DNA of 60,817 nt, counting the filler. It is 8 parts of 8 records of this genome, joined end to end, with 100 filler letters (N's around TTAATTAATTAA, not from the genome) between each part and the next. Parts side by side here need not be neighbours in the genome. Positions count along the whole stretch, not along the records: positions 7,031 to 15,802 come from SRR31147125_22418; positions 15,903 to 20,986 come from SRR31147125_22432; 6 more parts are not named here. The stretch is one strand, 5' to 3'. The notes below the pieces were generated by a model. It worked only from the letters and a program-made list of their open reading frames with translations, had not been told where the DNA came from and did not search any database. Shown one piece after another: positions 11,180 through 20,168 of this stretch (its first letter is position 1; every line of letters begins with the position of its first letter). The position numbers and the translations under genes were made by a program.

Positions 11180-11208
11180 ACTCTAGTCAGAAATAGCGTT
11201 ACTGTCAA
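11180..11208 (-). promoter_or_regulatory. Sigma70-type promoter for the peptidase-aminotransferase-ridA operon
   Basis: Minus strand TTGACA-17 bp-TAGAGT. Confidence 0.55.
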
Positions 11209-11297
11209 TAGAATTACCGCACAAAAGTGGAATATATTTCATTTTTATTTGATTTAGTATACTTTATTTCAGTTTTTTGATTACTGAATAGTAATTT

Positions 11298-11325
11298 TTG
11301 ACATATTTATGTCATTTGAAATAAT
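11298..11325 (+). promoter_or_regulatory. Promoter with palindromic operator for the vapBC remnant
   Basis: TTGACA (11298) ... AATAAT (11320); perfect palindrome TGACATA-tt-TATGTCA at 11299-11314. Confidence 0.6.
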
Positions 11326-11331
11326 AGTTTT

Positions 11332-11646
11332 ATGAGAACAACGATCCGTATTCAAGACAGTATTCTTCAAGCTGCAAAAATCCGGGCTGCTGAATTGAAC
11401 ATAAGCTTAACTGCTCTAATTGAACAGGCGCTGCAGGAAAAACTAAACAAAAAAAGTTGCAGGAGACAGAGTTCCCGATCTTCCCACTGGCATATCTTTT
11501 CACACCTGTGTCTGACAGTAAAACCAATTAGAAATCTGGGCCCTGATACATGGTTGGCAGCCCTTGCCATCTCCACCGGCTGCACCTGGGTTACTTCTGA
11601 TCGGGATTATCCCAGATTCCCGGGATTGCGGTATAAAATTCTGTAG
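11332..11646 (+). pseudogene. vapBC: In-frame fusion of an RHH antitoxin (VapB) N-terminus to a PIN toxin (VapC) C-terminus; internally deleted TA module
   Basis: 'MRTTIRIQDSILQAAKIRAAELNISLTALIEQAL' (RHH antitoxin) followed by 'HWHIF...NLGPDTWLAALAISTGCTWVTSDRDYPRFPGL' (VapC C-terminal half). Confidence 0.75.
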
Positions 11647-11836
11647 ATTGTTCAAAAGTCATACTTTCATTCCGGATACACCATACATTTTGCATCAGAC
11701 CTCATCGGGAAATCTTTAAACATTGATATGCAATTCCTCAAAGCAACACTAAGCAAAGTAATCTCAATGTGTAAATAAATACCTATTCACTAATAAATTA
11801 GATGCTGAGCGATTTACTGCTGCATAAAGATTGTTC

Positions 11837-11899
11837 TTGACGTATCACATAGGGCGAATTAAGATATCATAACATTGACATTCGAATATGGATTGTCAA
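11837..11899 (+). promoter_or_regulatory. Promoter and downstream palindromic operator of the 505-aa membrane protein gene
   Basis: TTGACG-17 bp-TAAGAT (11837-11865); TTGACATTCGA-ata-TGGATTGTCAA (11875-11899, 9/11 arm match); AGGAGG RBS follows. Confidence 0.55.
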
Positions 11900-11913
11900 A
11901 ATAGGAGGCCCCA

Positions 11914-13431
11914 TTGGACTATTCAAGTTTTAATCAGTTGTTTCTGGCATTTATACTGCTGATCCCTATCGTGATCATCGCACGAACGGTTGTTGCAGGC
12001 ACTAAGTACTCACCAATCCTGATAATTGTAGTTTTCGGGCTGCTTATGGGATTCCTTCTGGAAAAGAGCGGCGTGGCAGCTGCCGGACTTCCGGAATTCA
12101 CTATCGTTCAGTTCATGAGCAAGGTTACTGTGGTAGTTCTTATCGTGACATTCTTCGTAGGCGGACAGGAGTTGAACAAGCTTGCTTTCAAGAATCATCT
12201 CGATATTGAGGACCTGGTCATCCCATCGGAAGACGAAGTCATCCTGGGCACAAAACGAACACAACTATTCTTCATCGTTCGCTCCTTTTTCATCCTGATT
12301 GCAGTTCAGGGAGCCTACACCATCATCATGGGAAATGCGGGCAACGGACCGCTTGCAAACGCCTATCCAGTCCTTACCTATCTCGGTTTGATGGGCGCGG
12401 TAATTATCATCGACCCGAAGGCAAAAATATCAAACAAGCCCCTCTATATCGGCAAGGGTTTTATTGAGATGATCGCTATTCTCATCCTGCTGATTCTCTC
12501 TTATTTTGTTTCACAGTGGATTAAAAATCTCATACCGCTGCCGCAGATATTCTTTGCCATGTTGATATCAGCATCTTGCGGTTTCATTTTTGTGAAATGG
12601 AAATTCGGCCCTACGATGCGTTCACTGCTTTTTGCCGGTATTCCGATTGTATTGGCCGCGAATTTTCTGGTTGGCGGATCACGCATACTGCAGGCTTTCC
12701 AGATTGACCAGATGACCAAAGTTATGGGATACGGATTTTTCGGTCAGCTGTTGTGGATGTTTGGCGGTATCTTACTACTTATCTATTTTGGTAAAGCTAA
12801 CAATGTGCGTAACTTGGCTCCCGGTATGGCCGGTTCCCTTTCACATTCAGGTTTAACCGGTGCATGTACCGCCGGCGACCTCGGTCATGAAGCAGCCGCG
12901 CGGGCACCGATCATGATCAATGTACCTTTTTTCGGACACCTGTTTGTATTTACCATACTTGCTTACAGCGCAACACGAGGAAGTCTTGTTGTTCTGCCTG
13001 GAGCGTTGGTGGTTGCAGCTGGAGTTGTAATAACAATCATCTCCCTACGCAAGCTCAGCAAGGCAAATGGTGACGAGTCAAAAGAGGTAACCGGGCTGAT
13101 GCTGTTTAGTTTCGGATGGCAGCTGACGGCTGTGTTCGGCAGTTTCCTCATGCTGCACTTTGCCGGTATCGAGATCTGGAATGCCGCCATGGCAACTTCA
13201 TCCGCAATATCGCACTTCGGACTGTTCGCAGCTGTACAGGGTGATATGTTCGGACATGGAACTGCCAGCCTGATACCGTTTATCTTCGCCATGCCGTTCC
13301 TGGTACACCCACTGGTCTTCGGCATGTTCGGACGCGCCATGAAGAAAGGCGGGGCTATGCCTACAATGCCAGTGATTATATTCACAATTCTCGGTGTTAT
13401 CGGAGTGCTGCTCTCTTTAACTATTTTCTAA
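11914..13431 (+). CDS. Uncharacterised polytopic membrane protein, probable secondary transporter
   Basis: 505 aa with roughly 14 hydrophobic segments, AGGAGG RBS before a TTG start, and two internal repeat pairs. Confidence 0.8.
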   Translation: MDYSSFNQLFLAFILLIPIVIIARTVVAGTKYSPILIIVVFGLLMGFLLEKSGVAAAGLPEFTIVQFMSKVTVVVLIVTFFVGGQELNKLAFKNHLDIEDLVIPSEDEVILGTKRTQLFFIVRSFFILIAVQGAYTIIMGNAGNGPLANAYPVLTYLGLMGAVIIIDPKAKISNKPLYIGKGFIEMIAILILLILSYFVSQWIKNLIPLPQIFFAMLISASCGFIFVKWKFGPTMRSLLFAGIPIVLAANFLVGGSRILQAFQIDQMTKVMGYGFFGQLLWMFGGILLLIYFGKANNVRNLAPGMAGSLSHSGLTGACTAGDLGHEAAARAPIMINVPFFGHLFVFTILAYSATRGSLVVLPGALVVAAGVVITIISLRKLSKANGDESKEVTGLMLFSFGWQLTAVFGSFLMLHFAGIEIWNAAMATSSAISHFGLFAAVQGDMFGHGTASLIPFIFAMPFLVHPLVFGMFGRAMKKGGAMPTMPVIIFTILGVIGVLLSLTIF

Positions 13432-13455
13432 AATTTGGCAATAACCATGTATTAT

Positions 13456-13484
13456 GGCCGGTTCGATACTATGTTGAACCGGCC
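13456..13484. terminator. Hairpin between convergent genes (possible bidirectional terminator)
   Basis: GGCCGGTTC...GAACCGGCC stem. Confidence 0.55.
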
Positions 13485-13493
13485 TTACTATGT

Positions 13494-13826
13494 CTACTTC
13501 GTACTGCCATCCATCCCTAATGCATTCATAAGTTCGGCTTCAGTTACCCCAAGTTCATCAGCAATCGCAGCAAAATCGGGGGGAGCCTGTCCCGGGTCTC
13601 CCATTGCGTCCATCAAAGCTTGCTCAGATATTCCTAACATCTCAGCTGCCGCGACGAAATCAGGCATACCCGGCTGTTCTTTCACCATCCCCCGATTATC
13701 ACCCCGGGGATCATTTCTTCCACCATTAACGTTTGCTGCTCCATTAGCACAACCAGTTAATGCGGTAATAAGCAAAGCCGCCAATATCATTACTATAAAT
13801 TTTTTTCTGCTCAATTGTTTACTCAT
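13494..13826 (-). CDS. Small lipoprotein with Tat-like signal and two 'PDFxAxAxxLGxxExxLMxAxG' repeats
   Basis: 'MSKQLSRKKFI...LTGC'; AGGAG RBS before the ATG at 13826. Confidence 0.7.
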   Translation of the reverse strand: MSKQLSRKKFIVMILAALLITALTGCANGAANVNGGRNDPRGDNRGMVKEQPGMPDFVAAAEMLGISEQALMDAMGDPGQAPPDFAAIADELGVTEAELMNALGMDGSTK

Positions 13827-13927
13827 ACTCAACTCCTGCTAATAAAATTCGTTGCTGCAGATTACTCTTTAAAAGTGATTGCTATGTGATAGAAAAATGA
13901 AATTACTGAAAATATAGCTAAGGCATG

Positions 13928-14104
13928 TTACTCCGCTTTGTTTTCAGTATCAGCTTCATTTTTTAAATCTTTTGCTTCCTTCATACCGATTTCGAACTCT
14001 TTTCGAGCCTTACCAATGCTTTTCGCAAATTTTGGAAGCGCTGAGGCTCCAAACAATAAAATGACTACTCCGCTGACAATGATAATTTCTGGTGTACCTA
14101 TCAT
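13928..14104 (-). CDS. tatA: Twin-arginine translocase TatA/E (58 aa; missing from the ORF track)
   Basis: Manual translation: MIGTPEIIIVSGVVILLFGASALPKFAKSIGKARKEFEIGMKEAKDLKNEADTENKAE. Confidence 0.92.
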   Translation of the reverse strand: MIGTPEIIIVSGVVILLFGASALPKFAKSIGKARKEFEIGMKEAKDLKNEADTENKAE

Positions 14105-14337
14105 GTTCTTACTCCTTTCGTACGTGTTTTCGTATCTTTGATTTGTATCTCTTTGCCTACAGTTTCGACTTCTTTCTCAAAATCGCTGTAGGTCTTTCTC
14201 ACTGCATTTATCTGTCTCATAATCTTTCCATATATGTTTCCGATCTTCCGTACTATCGCCGGCAGATCCTTTGGATTTATGAATACAAGGACCACAATCA
14301 CCAATGTAATTATTTCTGATATGCCAAACCCAAACAT
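14101..14337 (-). CDS. tatB: Twin-arginine translocase TatB-like subunit
   Basis: 'MFGFGISEIITLVIVVLVFINPKDLPAIVRKIG'; lies between tatC and tatA. Confidence 0.85.
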   Translation of the reverse strand: MFGFGISEIITLVIVVLVFINPKDLPAIVRKIGNIYGKIMRQINAVRKTYSDFEKEVETVGKEIQIKDTKTRTKGVRT

Positions 14338-15074
14338 TTACTCTTCTCCAAACTTGAATATTTTCGCTACCAGTATTGTCAGAAAGTACAGTACCGTCAT
14401 TGGCAAAGCCAATCCGATCTGGGTGATAAAGTCCGGTGGGGTTATAAGTGCTGCTATCAGGAAAAAGATGACAATCACATAGCGTCCCGCCTTCAGCAGC
14501 GCTTTCCTTTTCACTACATTCATCATGAGTAGCATCTCAATGACTATGGGAAGCTGGAAGATTACCAGAGCCATCAGCATAAACTGTAAAATATAGAAAA
14601 TATTCCCGCTGAAATTCAGCAGCATACCGGTATTTTCCGGAATGAATCCCTTACTGGTAAGAAAAGCAATCGATACCGGGATGATACTGTAGTAACTGTA
14701 GAAAAAACTGGCCACAATGAAGATAAAGCTGACAATCAGTGTGATCAGGATGACCCTTTTCTCCTTCTTCAGAAGTCCGGGAAAATAAAAGAGAGAATAT
14801 TAACCAGATGCACTGGACTCGAGATAATAAAACCAGCCAGTGCCGATAGCTTTATACGTACAAGAAATCCTTCTATGAATGTATTCACATAGAGAATATC
14901 CTCTCCTTCCGAAGCTAATCCCAGTAATGGTTCAAATAGAAAATCCATGATGTAGTCATAAAGACTCAGCGAAATACCAAATCCGACGACAAGTGCAGCT
15001 ATCGAGATAAATACACATCGCCTGAGTTCGGTTAAGTGTGAAAGTATCGGCATGACTTCATGGTTCTTTTTCAT
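14338..15074 (-). CDS. tatC: Twin-arginine translocase TatC; frameshift at 14779-14781
   Basis: 'HLTELRR' at the N-terminus and 'FQLP', 'AALITPPD' at the C-terminus. Adding one base restores 'FPGLLKKEKRV'. Confidence 0.9.
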
Positions 15075-15081
15075 TATGTCC

Positions 15082-15801
15082 CTACTGTGCCGGCCATGCG
15101 TCAAACAGCTGTTTCTCTAATTTCATCTGACCGTCATCACCTTTATAGATGTTGATCCATGCCTGCCAGTTCTGATAATCCACATCAGGATAATCGAGAC
15201 GGTAATGGCTGCACCGGCTTTCGGTACGCATCAGAGATGCCCGCAGTTTCATTTCAGCATTGATGATCATATTCACCGTCTCATGAGCTAATCTCAGCTC
15301 ATGCAGATTTGCAGCTCTTAGCATCAGGCTGTGGTGGTCTCGAAGCTCTTCAATATAGGCAAGCGCAGCCTGCATAAGATTTTCTTTTTTAATATAGAGA
15401 ATGAAATTCGGAATCATAATACCCTGCAGTGTCTGAGTCACCCATGCCGGACCATATCCTGCATCCCTCTGCAGAGGAGCCAGAATCTCTTCTTTAATGC
15501 TACTGATAGTACTTGTTGATATACTGGGCTGGCTTATTCCCATTGCATATTCAGCCGCGGCTTCAGATACAATAGCACCCTGAACCGCTGATCCGGCAAG
15601 TGAGGAACCAATCTGGGTATAAATACCTCCAGCCATATGGGACCCCAATGCATCACCTGCCGCGTAAAGTCCTGGTACATTTGATTCACCCTTCTCGTTA
15701 ATCGGAACCAATCCTTCAGATTTGTGGATAGACATCCCGGCAGAGGCTCCGCCTGACGCGGCTGAAGACATGCCTGGAGCACCGCCCTCATCGCCACCTG
15801 G
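15082..15801 (-). CDS. C-terminal part of an SdhA/FrdA/AprA-superfamily flavoprotein (5'-truncated)
   Basis: 'SNVPGLYAAGD', 'ASLMRTESRCSHYRLDYP'. Confidence 0.85.
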   Translation of the reverse strand, partial: PGGDEGGAPGMSSAASGGASAGMSIHKSEGLVPINEKGESNVPGLYAAGDALGSHMAGGIYTQIGSSLAGSAVQGAIVSEAAAEYAMGISQPSISTSTISSIKEEILAPLQRDAGYGPAWVTQTLQGIMIPNFILYIKKENLMQAALAYIEELRDHHSLMLRAANLHELRLAHETVNMIINAEMKLRASLMRTESRCSHYRLDYPDVDYQNWQAWINIYKGDDGQMKLEKQLFDAWPAQ

Positions 15802-15802
15802 A

Positions 15803-15902
15803 NNNNNNNNNNNNNNNNNNNNNNNNNNNNNNNNNNNNNNNNNNNNTTAATTAATTAANNNNNNNNNNNNNNNNNNNNNNNNNNNNNNNNNNNNNNNNNN
15901 NN
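15803..15902. other. Artificial contig linker
   Basis: N44-TTAATTAATTAA-N44. Confidence 0.98.
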
Positions 15903-16850
15903 ATTCATGGTATTCCACTGCGGTCGCGATTGGTGGCTTATTTACCTAGATTGAATAAACTTGCCGTAATTTTCAGGCCAATTTCCAATTTTGTAATGAA
16001 TACTTCTTTATTGAAAAGTTCAATTGGTTTCTCTACAAAACGGACTGTTCCAACACTTTCGAAAATTACACTTAACCGCTGGGTTGGACGAGGCGTTCCA
16101 CAACCGGAAGAAGGGACGAAAGGAAAAATATACCTTTTTAACGACGAGTTTACCAATTACAACGAAAGCGACATTGGCATAAAAGCTATTTTATTGTTAA
16201 CTAAACTAGGTTATGAAGTTCGTATTCCTCAAACAAAAGAAAGTGGAAGAACTTTCCTTTCTAAAGGACTGGTAAAAACATCGAAGAAAATTGCAACCGA
16301 GAATGTTAAGCTGCTAAAAGATATAATTTCGGAAGAAACACCGCTTTTAGGTATCGAACCTTCTGCAATTCTTGCCTTCCGCGATGAATACCCTGAACTG
16401 GTTGAAAAAGACCTGCAACCGGCAGCCGAAAAACTTGGCAAAAACGCGCTTCTTTTCGAAGAATTTGTTGCTGCCGAGATTGAAAAAGGCAATATAAAAG
16501 AGGACTATTTCACTACCGAAGAAGAGCATATTTTATTACACGGGCACTGCCAGCAAAAAGCCGTGGCAAGTACCGAACCAACGAAACTTATGTTATCGTT
16601 TCCTAAAAACTATTTTGTTCGCGAAATTCCTTCGGGGTGTTGTGGAATGGCAGGTTCGTTTGGTTACGAAAAAGAACACTACGAACTTTCGATGCAAATT
16701 GGTGAAATGGTACTATTCCCTGCCGTTCGCGAAGCAAAAGACGATTACATCATTTCTGCTCCCGGAACCTCATGTCGCCACCATATTAAAGATGGTACGG
16801 GCAAAATAGCTTTGCATCCGGTTGAGGTGTTGTACGGGGCATTGAGATAA
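15903..16850 (+). CDS. C-terminal CCG region of an FAD-binding/(Fe-S) oxidoreductase (YdiJ/GlcF-like), 5'-truncated
   Basis: 'LLHGHCQQKA', 'SGCCGMAGSFGYEKEHY', 'PGTSCRHHI'; frame is open to the contig edge. Confidence 0.88.
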   Translation: MHGIPLRSRLVAYLPRLNKLAVIFRPISNFVMNTSLLKSSIGFSTKRTVPTLSKITLNRWVGRGVPQPEEGTKGKIYLFNDEFTNYNESDIGIKAILLLTKLGYEVRIPQTKESGRTFLSKGLVKTSKKIATENVKLLKDIISEETPLLGIEPSAILAFRDEYPELVEKDLQPAAEKLGKNALLFEEFVAAEIEKGNIKEDYFTTEEEHILLHGHCQQKAVASTEPTKLMLSFPKNYFVREIPSGCCGMAGSFGYEKEHYELSMQIGEMVLFPAVREAKDDYIISAPGTSCRHHIKDGTGKIALHPVEVLYGALR

Positions 16851-16870
16851 ATAATATTGAAACGAAATAG

Positions 16871-16912
16871 AGAACCGTTCTGTATCAATTATAACTCATA
16901 CAGAACGGATCT
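16871..16912 (+). terminator. Long hairpin after the oxidoreductase gene
   Basis: AGAACCGTTCTGTAT / ATACAGAACGGATCT, 14/15 complementary. Confidence 0.5.
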
Positions 16913-17020
16913 TTGGTTTCAAACGTTCGATGTAAATCCAGATTAATCGCCTTCTCACTTTATTCGCATCAAAATCAAACCAATTTTAATTTTAGCTGTT
17001 AATTCACATAAATTAGAAAA

Positions 17021-17614
17021 ATGAACAATTTCTGGAACGAAAGATATAACACCGAAGAATATGTTTACGGCGAAGCTCCCAACAACTTTGTAAAGCGAAA
17101 ACTGGCAAAACTAAAACCGGGAAAAATTCTGCTTCCGGCAGAAGGAGAAGGGAGAAATGCAGTTTATGCAGCAACTAAAGGCTGGGATGTTGCTGCTTTC
17201 GACCTTAGTTCGGAGGCAAAGAAAAAAGCGGAACTTCTTGCTAAAAAATACAATGTGCAGATAGATTATAAAATCACCGATTTTGCCGGAGCCAATTATC
17301 CTGAAAATTATTTTGACACATTGGTTTTAACCTTTGCTCATGTTCCTTCTGAAATTAGAATTGACGCCCATAAAAAACTTTCATCGTATTTAAAACCAGG
17401 AGGTTTGCTTATACTAGAAGCTTTCTCGAAAAAACAAATAGATAAAAATACCGGTGGACCAAAGAACCTTGATTTACTTTTTTCGGAGAATGAACTAAAA
17501 TCGGATTTTTCCGAATTTTCAGAACTTGAAATTATAGAAACTGATACGCTTTTGGATGAAGGAACATTTCACCAGGGAACAGCATCAATAATCCGGGTAA
17601 CAGGCAAAAAATAA
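17021..17614 (+). CDS. Class I SAM-dependent methyltransferase (TehB-like)
   Basis: 'FWNERY...YVYGEAPN', 'LLPAEGEGRNAVY', 'LKPGGLLILE'. Confidence 0.88.
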   Translation: MNNFWNERYNTEEYVYGEAPNNFVKRKLAKLKPGKILLPAEGEGRNAVYAATKGWDVAAFDLSSEAKKKAELLAKKYNVQIDYKITDFAGANYPENYFDTLVLTFAHVPSEIRIDAHKKLSSYLKPGGLLILEAFSKKQIDKNTGGPKNLDLLFSENELKSDFSEFSELEIIETDTLLDEGTFHQGTASIIRVTGKK

Positions 17615-17710
17615 ACAACAAAAATGGCTTGTCCTTCAAAAAGTTACATTCCTGTGTGCGTACACGATTTTTTTTATTACTTTCATCAACGTAATATTAA
17701 ACTTAACCAA

Positions 17711-19858
17711 TTGAAACCAACTCTAGTTTTACTGTTACTACTTTTTGCATTAAGTAAATTCAGTATAGCACAATCAACTGTACAAGCTGTTAAAATCGAT
17801 TCGCCTCCGGTTATCGACGGAAACGTCAAAGAAAACATATGGCAAAAGGCATATATGGTAAATGAATTCTATCAACGAGAACCGAATGAAGGACAGCCCG
17901 TTAGTGAAAAAACGGAATTTTATACATGTTACGATGCCGACAACATATATTTTGCGGTAAAATGCTGGGCCAACCCCGAAGATATAACAGCAAAAGAATT
18001 GGCACGCGATGTTAGTCTGGGAAATGATGACCGCATTCAAATTATTCTTGACACTTATCAAGATCAACGTAATGCCTACTGGTTTCAGGTTGGTCCGCGC
18101 GGTTCGATTGGAGATGCCATTATTAGCGAAAATGGCGCCTCTTTTAACAAACAATGGGATGGTTTGTGGACCGGAAAAGCAAAAATTACAGATTATGGTT
18201 GGGAAGCCGAACTGGCAATACCCTTTAAAACATTAGGATTCGACAAAGAAAGCAAACAATGGGGAATTAAGTTTATCCGACACATAGTTAATAAACTGGA
18301 GTCGAGCTACTGGCCGGTTGCCAACCTAAACACACATAAATTCCAGGTTTCAGACGCCGGAACTTTAACCGGAATAGAAGACATTACCCAGGGAATTGGG
18401 CTTGACATTTCGCCTTATTTGCTTACCGGATTCGACACAAAAGATGGAGAAGACGCTGATGGGAAACTGACTGGTGGACTCGATCTTTTTTATCAAATTA
18501 CCCCAAGTCTGAAATCGTCGTTAAGTATTAATACCGACTTTGCTGAAACTGAAGTAGATGACCGCCAAATTAACCTTACTCGTTTTAGCTTACATTATCC
18601 CGAAAAACGCGATTTTTTTCTTGATGGTGCCAATTATTTTCAATTTGGAATTGAAGGCGACCAATCAAGTCCGGTTGCAGAAAAGCTAATACCCTTTTTC
18701 TCCCGACGAATGGGCCTCGACGAAAATGGAAATCCCATAAGAATAAATGTTGGTGCTAAACTAACAGGACAGGTTGACGACTGGAACGTTGGAATGATGT
18801 ATATAAACGACGACCGCGATGAAGGTATTAACAATTTCTCGGTAGCGCGGGTTTCCCGAAACCTGGGAAAACAATCGTCGGTAGGAATTATTGGAACCTA
18901 TGGCAATGCATTATTCAATCAGACAAATACCGTTGTGGGAGCCGACGCAAAACTGGCCACATCCACATTTCAAGGCAATAAAAATGTTTCTTTTTTCCTA
19001 TTTGGAATGAAATCGAACACCAAAGACATTGAAGATGACGATGCTGCCTGGGGAGTACAAGCTGTTTATCCCAACGATTTAATAAACGCCAGGCTCGGTT
19101 ATCATCAAATTGGTGAAAATTTTATTGCAGGAATGGGCTTTGTTCCACGCACAAATATTCACGAAACATACGGAGAGTTTTATTTAGGCCCTCGTCCGAA
19201 TAAATGGGGAATAATGCAATTGGAGTTTGGTGGAGTATTCGATCATATTTCAAACATAGAAACAGGAAATTTGGAAACCCGTGAGGTAAAATTACAACCT
19301 CTTGGCATTCGTTTTTTGTCGGGAGAAGAGCTATCATATAGTCTTGTAAATCAACACGAAAGATTAAACGAGACTTTTAACATTTTTGACGATTACATTA
19401 TCCCTGAGGGAAAATATGAATGGTGGTACCACGTAATTTCATTAGAAACAAAAGGAGCCCGAAATATTTGGGGAGAAGCGTCGTATGGATTTGGCGATTT
19501 CTACAATGGTTACAGAAAAGACATTAATTTAGGGCTTAACTGGAAAATTGCTGTTCCGCTATTTGTTGGAGGCACTTTTCTGCAAAGTAAAGTTGAATTA
19601 CCACAGGGCGATTTCACAGCCAACATTTATCAGGCGAATGCAAACATTTTGTTCAGTCCGGATATTACCTTATACAACTACTTTCAATACGATAATGCAA
19701 GCAATACAATTGGCTGGCAATCACGCTTTCAGTGGATTATAAAACCGGGTAACGAAATTATTCTTGCATGGACATCGAACTTTCTGGAATCAGGAGATAA
19801 TTACATAATGGACACAAGTGCCTTACGGTTGAAAATAAAATACAACATTCGTTTTTAA
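17711..19858 (+). CDS. Carbohydrate-binding family 9-like/DUF5916 outer-membrane protein
   Basis: Signal peptide from the TTG at 17711; 'PVIDG', 'INTDFAETEVDDRQINLTRFSLHYPEKRDFFLDG', 'FFSRRMG'; C-terminal F. Confidence 0.8.
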   Translation: MKPTLVLLLLLFALSKFSIAQSTVQAVKIDSPPVIDGNVKENIWQKAYMVNEFYQREPNEGQPVSEKTEFYTCYDADNIYFAVKCWANPEDITAKELARDVSLGNDDRIQIILDTYQDQRNAYWFQVGPRGSIGDAIISENGASFNKQWDGLWTGKAKITDYGWEAELAIPFKTLGFDKESKQWGIKFIRHIVNKLESSYWPVANLNTHKFQVSDAGTLTGIEDITQGIGLDISPYLLTGFDTKDGEDADGKLTGGLDLFYQITPSLKSSLSINTDFAETEVDDRQINLTRFSLHYPEKRDFFLDGANYFQFGIEGDQSSPVAEKLIPFFSRRMGLDENGNPIRINVGAKLTGQVDDWNVGMMYINDDRDEGINNFSVARVSRNLGKQSSVGIIGTYGNALFNQTNTVVGADAKLATSTFQGNKNVSFFLFGMKSNTKDIEDDDAAWGVQAVYPNDLINARLGYHQIGENFIAGMGFVPRTNIHETYGEFYLGPRPNKWGIMQLEFGGVFDHISNIETGNLETREVKLQPLGIRFLSGEELSYSLVNQHERLNETFNIFDDYIIPEGKYEWWYHVISLETKGARNIWGEASYGFGDFYNGYRKDINLGLNWKIAVPLFVGGTFLQSKVELPQGDFTANIYQANANILFSPDITLYNYFQYDNASNTIGWQSRFQWIIKPGNEIILAWTSNFLESGDNYIMDTSALRLKIKYNIRF

Positions 19859-20042
19859 AGCTTTTTTAACACCATATTTAAATAGAAACTGAACTTTTAA
19901 GCTTTTCAAACGTATATCTTTTATAATCAGGAGGATTCATAATTCTATTTCGAATCTATTAAAGCGAATGTTTCTGAGAAACAGAGAGAAAGCTACTAAA
20001 TAGGAAACAATTAGAGATAAACAGTAAAAAAGAGGTTATATT

Positions 20043-20074
20043 TTTGTTTTGTAATCGGTAAATACTTATAATTG
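20043..20074 (+). promoter_or_regulatory. Bacteroidota-type promoter (-33 TTTG / -7 TAnnTTTG-like) upstream of rho
   Basis: TTTG-20 bp-TATAATTG (one mismatch to TAnnTTTG). Confidence 0.4.
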
Positions 20075-20168
20075 CAGTCGATTTCAATGAAATCACTCCC
20101 CTCGTCAATTGTTCCAAAAGAATTTTATCAACAATTATTAAATCGAGTAAAAGTTATAACCATAATAT

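Noticed and set aside
10973-11913. Possible riboswitch or ncRNA in long intergenic regions (also 6642-6930, 19859-20168, 36037-36393)
   Set aside because: No recognisable T-box, SAM, TPP, cobalamin, glycine or tRNA signature by eye; an Infernal/Rfam scan is needed to exclude them
13435-13842. 135-aa plus-strand ORF after the transporter gene
   Set aside because: Antisense to the lipoprotein gene, which has an RBS, lipobox and repeats; it also spans the terminator hairpin
14769-14781. TGA in tatC as selenocysteine or an alternative genetic code
   Set aside because: The downstream half is in another frame, and TGA serves as a normal stop elsewhere in this contig
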